DNA of 64,000 nucleotides from an uncultured virus (IMG/VR IMGVR_UViG_3300030104_005222) (taxonomy: Duplodnaviria > Heunggongvirae > Uroviricota > Caudoviricetes), in the IMG/VR virus record IMGVR_UViG_3300030104_005222, positions 1 to 64,000 of that record; one strand, given 5' to 3'. Within the stretch, counting starts at the first letter, position 1; each line of letters begins with the position of its first letter. This document shows, piece after piece, positions 1 through 7,260 of this stretch. A program made the translations under genes and the position numbers. The notes beneath the pieces are model-generated. The model saw only the letters and a list, made by a program, of their open reading frames with translations, was not told the DNA's origin and searched no databases.

Positions 1-76
1 GTACATGATCAGATCCAGTGGTGTACCTTTCCAAAAGGGCCAGTCAGCTACGCGCACCTGGTTGTCGGTGTTGTGG

Positions 77-286
77 TCATTGATCATTGGCGGGCTCCGT
101 GTCGTCTACGATTCGTACGATGCGTACTGTTCTTTGGCCCCCAAGAAGTTGCTCGCGCCACGCATCGGGATAGCAAAGCTTGGCGATGTTGATGGCTTTT
201 TCGTGTGAATCGAATGTGTAATGGGAACCGCTTGTAGGTTTTAGAAAGCGCCATCCGTCGGTGGTTAGTACACTGATCTTGTACAT
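77..286 (-). CDS. hypothetical protein (69 aa)
   Basis: ATG-started ORF packed head-to-tail with the other minus-strand early genes; no recognisable motif. Confidence 0.5.
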   Translation of the reverse strand: MYKISVLTTDGWRFLKPTSGSHYTFDSHEKAINIAKLCYPDAWREQLLGGQRTVRIVRIVDDTEPANDQ

Positions 287-293
287 GGGTATC

Positions 294-500
294 TCAAAAA
301 GGTTTGGTTAGATCGGGAGGGGCGTCCGATGAATAGTTTTCAAGGAGTCCGATCATTGCTTGCATGTGTGCTATGTCAGAGTCGTATTGGTCGATGGCTT
401 CAGGTCCGTCGCTTGCATCGGGTGCCATAAGCATTGTTTGCGCCAGGTCAGCCTGGAATCGCTTGAGTAGTTCGTAGGCCTGTTCGGGTGTGATCAACAT
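294..500 (-). CDS. hypothetical protein (MLITPEQAYELL..., 68 aa)
   Basis: 3' part of track ORF 294..950; GGAG precedes the ATG at 500; the longer version would overlap the DUF3228 gene. Confidence 0.45.
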   Translation of the reverse strand: MLITPEQAYELLKRFQADLAQTMLMAPDASDGPEAIDQYDSDIAHMQAMIGLLENYSSDAPPDLTKPF

Positions 501-573
501 CAGTGACTCCAGAAAAGTGTTGAGAAAGCGATGAGGTAGATGGTGAATGTGAGTGAAGCTGCGATGTCCCAGA

Positions 574-1182
574 TCATAGTACGTTCGCCCAGTTAGCGTG
601 GTAGGCTGTTGCGTCAGCCATTTGTTGCTCGGTGTATTGAACGCCGTTGCCACCTGCCTCGATGCCTTCGGCGTTACGCAGCAGAGTGTTTGGGTGAGGG
701 GGTACAGTAGAGCTGTGTTGTTCTGCGTTGATGGTGACGATGCCCCACTCCATGCCAGGTGCCAGGGTGATGCCTTCATCCGCGAGTTGGTCTCGGCTAT
801 ACAGGATGATGTGTAGATAGCTGGCAGGTTCTGGATCGATATCGACAGAACTGAACCACTGACTGTAGTATGGCTTCTCGCCTTCCTGTCGGACACGCCA
901 TCCGGATTGAAGCTTGTCTTTGTTTTCGGGAGTGATTTCCGCAAGACCACTCATGCAGCCGGTGAAGTTTTCTACGATGAGAAGTCGTGCGAACGGGAAG
1001 TCGGTATCGTGGCTGACAAGGTAAGGCGTTTTGGTCAGGTCACCCATGAAGCGGTCAGCTTGCGTCCCTGTGAGATCGTTCTTGGAACGACGGTACTTTG
1101 TTATCTTTGTTCCGGCGAAGTCATCGGTGAAGTGACGAAGAGCGAATCGGATGAGTTGAATGGTTTGTGTATCTATTTGCAT
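574..1182 (-). CDS. DUF3228-like protein
   Basis: Motifs ENFT...ITPENKDKLQSGW.VR, YLHIILYSRDQL..E, WGIVTI.A, P.TLLRNA.G.EAGGNGV match the DUF3228 pattern as I recall it. Confidence 0.7.
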   Translation of the reverse strand: MQIDTQTIQLIRFALRHFTDDFAGTKITKYRRSKNDLTGTQADRFMGDLTKTPYLVSHDTDFPFARLLIVENFTGCMSGLAEITPENKDKLQSGWRVRQEGEKPYYSQWFSSVDIDPEPASYLHIILYSRDQLADEGITLAPGMEWGIVTINAEQHSSTVPPHPNTLLRNAEGIEAGGNGVQYTEQQMADATAYHANWANVL

Positions 1183-1190
1183 TTGGGTTC

Positions 1191-1565
1191 CTACCACCAG
1201 GAGGTGTAGTAAAGTTGGTGACCTTGTTCCAAGAGGGACGTGGCCAGGGGAATGAATTCCTCGGTTTGGTTGATGTGGTATGTGGAAGATGAGCCGAAGA
1301 AGAAACCTGTGTGGGTACGCAGTTTCTTGTGTTCCATCGCGAGGCGTGTGATGTCGACGAGTGTGAGTTCGACCTCGGTGCAGTTGAACTCAACTTCGGT
1401 GCCACCTTTTAAGCGGTAGAGACGTTCCATCCAACCCTCAAGGTCAGCGTGTTTGCGCCAGTAGAACAACTCTTTGTCGCATTCTTCGATGGGCGGTGCG
1501 ACGTCGGGTGGTCTGGATGGGTCTCGGTTGGGGTTTCGGATGAAGACATATTGATCAAGTCCCAT
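1191..1565 (-). CDS. conserved phage protein (MGLDQY...YWRKH...GFFFG family)
   Basis: Characteristic MGLDQY, YWRKH.DLEGWME, FNC, TGFFFGS and YYTSWW motifs; AAGGAG RBS. Confidence 0.7.
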   Translation of the reverse strand: MGLDQYVFIRNPNRDPSRPPDVAPPIEECDKELFYWRKHADLEGWMERLYRLKGGTEVEFNCTEVELTLVDITRLAMEHKKLRTHTGFFFGSSSTYHINQTEEFIPLATSLLEQGHQLYYTSWW

Positions 1566-1576
1566 TGGGATTCTCC

Positions 1577-1660
1577 TTAGAATGGTCGGGGGCGGTTACA
1601 GCGGCGACAAGAGAGGCGGTTGCCACTGTTTTGGGCACCACAAAAACATTTCCAATACAT
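1577..1660 (-). CDS. 27-aa RanBP2-type zinc-finger microprotein (MYWKCFCGAQNSGNRLSCRRCNRPRPF)
   Basis: Read manually (below the track cutoff); AAAGGAGAACTA-ATG RBS; W-x-C-x-C-x3-N-x6-C-x2-C; its stop overlaps the RBS of the next gene. Confidence 0.65.
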   Translation of the reverse strand: MYWKCFCGAQNSGNRLSCRRCNRPRPF

Positions 1661-1853
1661 TAGTTCTCCTTTAAAAGCGGCGGGCGTTTCACTCATGGAT
1701 CGGCGTAAACCTTTTGGGCGATGCGTTACTCAGAGATCATATATTCGGGAGTGCCCGGTCCTCCTTAGTGTCGCCAACGTTTGCAACCGTTGGTTTCCCA
1801 TGTGCACTGGGTTGGCATCGACACTTGCCTCAGTGACCAAGATGGCCATCTCC

Positions 1854-2030
1854 TTACCCGTCGACGGTACGGGATTTGTACGGCTCCGTGGGTGCTGGCG
1901 TAGTCTTTGACTGTGTTGTCTGACTATGCAGATGGTGTTGGTGTTCGCGTTCGATCCAAGGTTGGTCTTTACGAGCTTGAATGATAGCGTCGGCTTGACG
2001 ACGCAAGACATCAAAGATGTTTGAGTTCAT
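1854..2030 (-). CDS. small hypothetical protein (58 aa, MNSNIFDVLRRQAD...)
   Basis: Read manually; ATGA start/stop overlap with the upstream gene. Confidence 0.4.
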   Translation of the reverse strand: MNSNIFDVLRRQADAIIQARKDQPWIEREHQHHLHSQTTQSKTTPAPTEPYKSRTVDG

Positions 2031-2686
2031 GGACGCTCCCAGGTTGCGTGTGTTTGCAAGATTGGCAGGGTTGTAAACTTGAGAGTGGGACGTTCACAAT
2101 CTTCCAAAACGAATTCGAAGTTCAGTACGATCTCGTCGCTGTATCGATTGAGTTTGTACTCATACTCAGCCAGACATGATTGCCGCACGTATTCGCGTTC
2201 GATGTATTCATTTGTGAGGCAGTGTGGTGTAGAGTCACGACGGTGAATGCCGATGGATGGAATACGTACCGAGATATTTGCAGTCATGTTGGTTTGTTTG
2301 AACAACGTTGAGTCGTCGTATGGATGATAGGTATCGAACTCGATACCCCAACAGTCGACGTCCAGTTTCTTTTGAAGATAGGTTTGATTACTTTTTTCGT
2401 CGCGGGTGTGGAAGCTGTAGTTGTTACAGTTCTCCATGATCTTTTTGAACTGGTAGTAGACTTGTTCTTCGATCAGCACGGAGAGTTGACTGTCACGGGA
2501 GGACTTCATGTCAGTGCATGCGGTGATCACTGGTTGATAGATTGCGGCGAGTTCGGCGTTGAACTTTTCGTACAGGGCTTCGACTTTGGCATCGACGCTG
2601 GAATGGTGGGTGGCCATTTTTTTGGCGTACTTGTCGAAGTGTTTTGTGATGCTGGGGTAAAGCTCTGGGATGGTTGTCTCTTCCAT
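2027..2686 (-). CDS. hypothetical protein
   Basis: Long ORF in the early operon; GAGG before the ATG at 2686. Confidence 0.55.
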   Translation of the reverse strand: MEETTIPELYPSITKHFDKYAKKMATHHSSVDAKVEALYEKFNAELAAIYQPVITACTDMKSSRDSQLSVLIEEQVYYQFKKIMENCNNYSFHTRDEKSNQTYLQKKLDVDCWGIEFDTYHPYDDSTLFKQTNMTANISVRIPSIGIHRRDSTPHCLTNEYIEREYVRQSCLAEYEYKLNRYSDEIVLNFEFVLEDCERPTLKFTTLPILQTHATWERP

Positions 2687-2916
2687 GACTGCCTCAATAG
2701 CAAAAGATGTTGGCACCCCCTATAGATTTCTGCAACGTCACGGGGATGCCGGTTAGATGACGTTGTCTGGCTGTGTTTAAGGTTTAGTCGGAAACAGCAA
2801 TCCGGCTTGATGGTTGCAGTTGGACATACAACGTGTGTCGCTTTGATGCTTTGACGCACGACACATTCTTAGACCATCAAGTCTTTGAGACACTACGGGT
2901 AGTGTGTGATGTTGGT

Positions 2917-3197
2917 GTAACCACCAAGATGCATGTGGTTACGTGATAGTGTAGGAACAAACTACGATATGAAGATGTAACCACGTTACCACATTGTGAA
3001 GGGTACGCAGGGAAGCTGGTGAGTACTGCGTAGTTTGCATGTATAGACTTTAGGATACAAGATACAAAGGGAGATCGATACAGAGTATCTATGGTATCAA
3101 TTATGTGGTTACAGTGGTTACACTATTGAATAGTATAGTTAGTAACTGCGTTTAGGTGTAACCCACATGTGGTTACGTTAGTGGTAACTGGGTAACC
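2917..3197. repeat. array of GT(A/T)ACCAC octamers in both orientations; putative replication origin iterons
   Basis: Copies at 2917, 2935, 2977, 2985, 3105, 3114, 3169 and 3181, with variants at 3158 and 3191, in ORF-free sequence. Confidence 0.65.
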
Positions 3198-3355
3198 GGT
3201 GGAGAATATAAATGGAAAGTTGGTGGAGAATAAAAATGCCGGATAGTGTACCCAGTGAGCCTACGCTGAATGGGCCCACCGAGGATGGGAGAGCCACCCA
3301 ATGGAATAAAAGCGTGCGAGCGTAGCGAGCACTCGATTATGGGGGAACGGAAGAG

Positions 3356-3387
3356 AAAAAAACCCTGAGGTGACTTGCACCCCAGGG
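3356..3387 (-). terminator. Rho-independent terminator
   Basis: Minus strand CCCTGGGGTG-CAAGT-CACCTCAGGG followed by T7, just after the stop at 3403. Confidence 0.85.
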
Positions 3388-3402
3388 CGAGGAAGACGAC
3401 GA

Positions 3403-4311
3403 CTAACCAATGAGGTTAGTCAGAAGGCGCTTACGCTCCTTGTTCGTCTCGCGAGCCAACTGACGCTTGAGGTCACTGAGAGGCATAGCGCCGTCGAGTG
3501 CGTCATGGCTGGATTCTTCGACGAGGTCCCAGGTGCCGGTGGCCGCATTGAAGATACGACGTTCGTCTGCACCAACCTTCGACGCTTCGTTGGCTTCTTC
3601 GCTGGGGCGAACGGTGCGCGCCTCACGGATGCGCTTGGTGCCCTGCTTGGCGGCATCGAAGTTGGACGAGAAGTAACCAGCCTCCGACTTAGGGCTGATG
3701 CCATCGTTGCATGTCCAAGGCCAGAGGAAGTTCTCGCCGGTCTTGCCGTTGGTGCCCATGTCAGGGTAGAAGCTGATGGACTCGATGTCTTTCAACCAGT
3801 TCCACACCTTGACGGCGGCGTCGTATCGCTGCTCGATGGTGGCCTGACCACCTTGCCAGTGCTTACGCTGCTCGATGTTGTCGCAAGCGAGGATAAGTCC
3901 GATGGCTTCCTCGAAGCGAGCCGGAGAGAATCCGGTGTGAGCATGGTTAGGAGAACCACTACGACGAGTTACCGACGAATCACCAAGAAGGCTACCGAAG
4001 GCGTCATCGGAACCAAGCGCCGAAGCGTTCGGGTCGAAGGTCCACATGAAACGCAACAAGGTGTGACGAGAATGAACAGTCTCGCCGTCACGACCCTCGT
4101 ATGAGTAGTCACCGAAGACAACCGAGCCACCCTGGAAGTAAGACTCAACGGTCTGACGAAGGTCGCGGTGAGCATTACCCTCTGTCTGAAGCGGGATGGA
4201 CCGGAGATGCTTGACGATCATGCCGAGCAACTTGTTAGTAAGTTCGACGCGCTCTTCACGAGTGGCGACGAAACGAGCTTGAGTAGGGAACATTGTGATT
4301 GCTTTTGTCAT
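3403..4311 (-). CDS. hypothetical protein (about 302 aa), stand-alone transcription unit
   Basis: Long ORF with AAAGGA before the ATG at 4311 and its own terminator; no family recognised. Confidence 0.75.
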   Translation of the reverse strand: MTKAITMFPTQARFVATREERVELTNKLLGMIVKHLRSIPLQTEGNAHRDLRQTVESYFQGGSVVFGDYSYEGRDGETVHSRHTLLRFMWTFDPNASALGSDDAFGSLLGDSSVTRRSGSPNHAHTGFSPARFEEAIGLILACDNIEQRKHWQGGQATIEQRYDAAVKVWNWLKDIESISFYPDMGTNGKTGENFLWPWTCNDGISPKSEAGYFSSNFDAAKQGTKRIREARTVRPSEEANEASKVGADERRIFNAATGTWDLVEESSHDALDGAMPLSDLKRQLARETNKERKRLLTNLIG

Positions 4312-4503
4312 TGTACTTTCCTTTGTGTATGACATTTATGAATGAGTGTAATACTCACGTAAGTTATTAGAATAAAAGAGAAAAAGAGAAAAGAGAGAAA
4401 GAAAAAAAGAAAACTACACAGACACCTCCGGGTAAGAAAAAACATACTAAACCCAGGTGCATCACCACTTCAGCATTTGGAAGCTGGCATGTCATAAAGA
4501 AAC

Positions 4504-4947
4504 TCCTTGGTTCACCCAGAGTGACCAAGGATGTTTCTGGGATGCCCGAAAACATCTGCAGTAAATCAAAGATGAATAAAACAAAAGGTCACCGAGTCCG
4601 GTAGGACACCTTGAAATATAAATAAAAAAGGAGGTGACACCATGACCGGCAGGTCCGACCTAAACTTGGTTTAGGTCAAGTGGTCATCTTTGAACCGACA
4701 CATTCGTAGCAGCAACCGTAGACCGGATGACCAAACTTGTTTTGGTCACGAAGGGTTGACGTTCGCTGAGTGAATAATCAGGAAGGGACACCGAGCAGGT
4801 GTCCGAGGTTTCCGGATTATTTACCTTGGGCTTCTGGTTGACCAAGGGTCAAGCGGTCATGCGAGTGGCGCATATGACCGCAAGAAGTCTCAGCGGAAAG
4901 GAATGGAAGAGTTTATCCGGTCCAGAAAAAAGCTGACCGATAGGTCA
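4504..4947 (+). ncRNA. candidate large structured ncRNA (or structured ssDNA element), family unknown
   Basis: More than 10 nested or adjacent helices (see findings), A-rich linkers, G-U pairs favouring the plus strand, no long ORF. Confidence 0.5.
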
Positions 4948-5031
4948 ATCCGCCAAATGCAATCCACCCAATCCACCAATCGACCAACGAACCAATCCGC
5001 CCACCAAAGAAGCTGGTCAAACCAATCGGCC
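4946..5031 (+). repeat. degenerate CAATCCRCC-like short repeats
   Basis: Seven copies at about 4946, 4960, 4969, 4977, 4985, 4993 and 5023. Confidence 0.6.
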
Positions 5032-5273
5032 CAAGTGTTTTGTCGTCCGGATCCGCCCAGGGCGAGAAAAAGTTAAGTCCTACATGTAGTTAGACTTCCG
5101 GAGTCAACAGTGGGGGAGGGGGAGGTATACCCTATTCATCCGTAACCCCTATTGTTGTGGGGGCCTTTTCCGAACCGAGGTACTTTTCAAAACACCTTAC
5201 CGCTGTGGTATTACCACCTTGCCACGTTTAGCGTCCCGTGGTACGGTTTCATCGACTCAAACCTGGAACCACT

Positions 5274-5882
5274 ATGACAAAACAACGACCTAAGCCCATT
5301 CGTTTACACCTTGAACAAAATATGCTCGACCGATTGCAGGATTTAGTCCCAATGGTGGCCGAATCAGCCGCTGCGCGGGAGTTTGGGGTGGACGTGACGC
5401 TGAATACGGTGGCCAGGGTGGCGCTTTTGCGGGGTTTAACCTCTATGGAGGCCGCAATTTCTGGAAATGAGGCGCAATCTGCGCCCGAAACGGTGGTTGC
5501 GCCGCCTCCAGCCTTGGTTTTGCCCGCAATTCCCGCACCATCGGACTCCCCAACAGCAGATGCAGAGGATTTGCAGCCTTCTGTGGACGTAGAATTGGGC
5601 GATGACGGGTTTATTGTCGCGCCTGACGGCTGGAATCAGTGGTCTGCGTCGGAACGGGTACCTACTGAGCAGTCAAAAGTCGATGAATACTACAAATCGG
5701 GGGGTTTGCAGCGATATTGGGGTAGATCTGGGGAGGAAACCATTGTGTTTTACTGGTCACCGGACCCAACGAAGCACGATTTCCCCTCATACAAAGATTT
5801 AGACATGAATCGTAAAGAGATTAAAGTCCAAACCACACCATATGGACCTGGTCACCTGGTTCCTCACGGATGGGCACAATGA
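5274..5882 (+). CDS. hypothetical protein with possible N-terminal ribbon-helix-helix DNA-binding domain
   Basis: PKPIRLHLEQNMLDRLQDL...LNTVARVALLRGL pattern, then a Pro/Ala linker and a Trp/Tyr-rich domain. Confidence 0.5.
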   Translation: MTKQRPKPIRLHLEQNMLDRLQDLVPMVAESAAAREFGVDVTLNTVARVALLRGLTSMEAAISGNEAQSAPETVVAPPPALVLPAIPAPSDSPTADAEDLQPSVDVELGDDGFIVAPDGWNQWSASERVPTEQSKVDEYYKSGGLQRYWGRSGEETIVFYWSPDPTKHDFPSYKDLDMNRKEIKVQTTPYGPGHLVPHGWAQ

Positions 5883-6385
5883 CAATTCAGATTGCGGACC
5901 CTTCTGACGTGGTTCAGACTTTAGAAGAGTTGAATCCAGAAGCAATTTTGTATGACGGTTTAGACGACGCGCTTGTGGGAATTATCGCTCGGTGCGGTAC
6001 AGATGCTTTGGCTTTGTACGACCGAGAAAAGTGCATAAAGATATTTGTCGATAGTGGTATGAGTCACAAAGATGCGGAAGAGTACTTCTGTTTTAATGTT
6101 GAGGGCTGTTACGCTGGTCCTCACACACCATATATTGCGTCATTCGACTTGCACCCGGTAGGTATCCGGTACCCCGTAGACGACTTGAAGCTCAGTGCAG
6201 GCGACAGCGCAGAGACGGAAATACTCCTTGGGTTTGACGCCGACGGGAATGCTCATGTTGATTTTGCAAATGTCGGGTCTGGTATTGTAAATGTTGCAGC
6301 CGAAGCCGGGAGTCCCGTCGGGTCTGTCGATGGAGATGAGGTGCCCGCAGGAACCGTCGCTGTTGATCGGGACGTCGAAGTCTAA
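5879..6385 (+). CDS. conserved phage protein (DGLDDALVG...EEYFCFNVEG.Y.GPHTP family)
   Basis: Widespread phage motif set; ATGA coupling to the upstream gene. Confidence 0.65.
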   Translation: MTIQIADPSDVVQTLEELNPEAILYDGLDDALVGIIARCGTDALALYDREKCIKIFVDSGMSHKDAEEYFCFNVEGCYAGPHTPYIASFDLHPVGIRYPVDDLKLSAGDSAETEILLGFDADGNAHVDFANVGSGIVNVAAEAGSPVGSVDGDEVPAGTVAVDRDVEV

Positions 6386-6481
6386 ATCAATATTCTTTTC
6401 TTCGCACAAGAGCTTGAGTGTTTCGGCTTGTCTGCAACAAGCGCCACACATCGTACAGGGAAATTTTTCTTCGGAGTCCAC
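6140..6481 (-). CDS. YkgJ-family cysteine-cluster (CxxCxxCC) protein
   Basis: FPCTMCGACC...DGSCGHL...CNIYNTRPDIC. Confidence 0.8.
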   Translation of the reverse strand: MDSEEKFPCTMCGACCRQAETLKLLCEEKNIDLDFDVPINSDGSCGHLISIDRPDGTPGFGCNIYNTRPDICKINMSIPVGVKPKEYFRLCAVACTELQVVYGVPDTYRVQVE

Positions 6482-6482
6482 T

Positions 6483-6668
6483 ATGCCTCTATATGTATAT
6501 AAATGTGAGAAGTGTGAAAAGCGAGTCGAGATTCTTCAAGCCTTTGATGATCCTCATCCTCAATGCGATGATTGCTCTGTCGAAATGAAAAAGCAAGTAG
6601 CCCTAACGAGTTTTGCTCTTAAGGGTGGGGGTTGGGCAAAAGACAACTACGGACTGAAACAAGACTGA
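6483..6668 (+). CDS. FmdB-family zinc-ribbon protein
   Basis: MPLYVYKCEKC...CDDC...FALKGGGW. Confidence 0.85.
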   Translation: MPLYVYKCEKCEKRVEILQAFDDPHPQCDDCSVEMKKQVALTSFALKGGGWAKDNYGLKQD

Positions 6669-6747
6669 TTGTTGCCTCTTTCTGTTCTCGTGGTAGTATT
6701 TCTATGCGCAATTCCGCGCCTGGTATCCCGTTTAGGGACTGGAGAAT

Positions 6748-7206
6748 ATGATGGCTCGATTTAAGCAAACTCAAATTGCCCCTGGTGTAACCAAGCATCG
6801 CTCGAATGCGTTGGTCGTTCACGTCCATGAAAACATCAAAGAAGGTGATATTCTTTGTGTAAAGGGACTTTTCGACGACAACGTATTGTCGGTACAAATT
6901 GCTGACGGTGCTACTGCGGCAGAGCGTGTTGGCCCCATGTGGGTAGCCGACTTCGACGCGTCTGCGGGAGATGTTGTTGCGGTTGCTGTACCGATGAAGA
7001 TTATGGACATCACCACTGCAACCAGCGGTACAATCACAATCAACGACCCGATCTATTTGGATGATGGTGGCGTTGCTGGTGCCACAAACGATAAAGCTGC
7101 TGGTACCGGTACGGTTATCGTCGGTCGTTTCCTTGAGTCTCGTGGAAACAACAACAACGCAATCAAGGGCATTCTGTGGCCGACAGGTCAGACTAGCCTG
7201 GGCTAA
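6748..7206 (+). CDS. putative capsid decoration/cement-like protein
   Basis: GGAG RBS; Gly/Ala/Thr-rich beta protein with GD.L.V and DPIYL...IVGR patterns; followed by a terminator. Confidence 0.45.
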   Translation: MMARFKQTQIAPGVTKHRSNALVVHVHENIKEGDILCVKGLFDDNVLSVQIADGATAAERVGPMWVADFDASAGDVVAVAVPMKIMDITTATSGTITINDPIYLDDGGVAGATNDKAAGTGTVIVGRFLESRGNNNNAIKGILWPTGQTSLG

Positions 7207-7222
7207 TCAGATTAGGCAAAAT

Positions 7223-7258
7223 AAAACCCCCGGTAGCTTCGGCCATCGGGGGTTTTTT
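7223..7258. terminator. bidirectional Rho-independent terminator
   Basis: AAAA-CCCCCGGTAGC-TTCG-GCCATCGGGGG-TTTTTT between convergent genes. Confidence 0.9.
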
Positions 7259-7260
7259 AT

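Noticed and set aside
501..950. N-terminal extension of track ORF 294..950
   Set aside because: Overlaps the DUF3228-like gene in another frame; a better start with RBS exists at 500
3370..4104. 244-aa plus-strand ORF
   Set aside because: Antisense shadow of the minus-strand gene, which has the RBS and terminator
4504..4947. Group I/II intron, tmRNA, RNase P or tRNA identity for the structured region
   Set aside because: No catalytic core, domain V, T-loop/CCA or RNase P consensus found by eye, and it interrupts no gene
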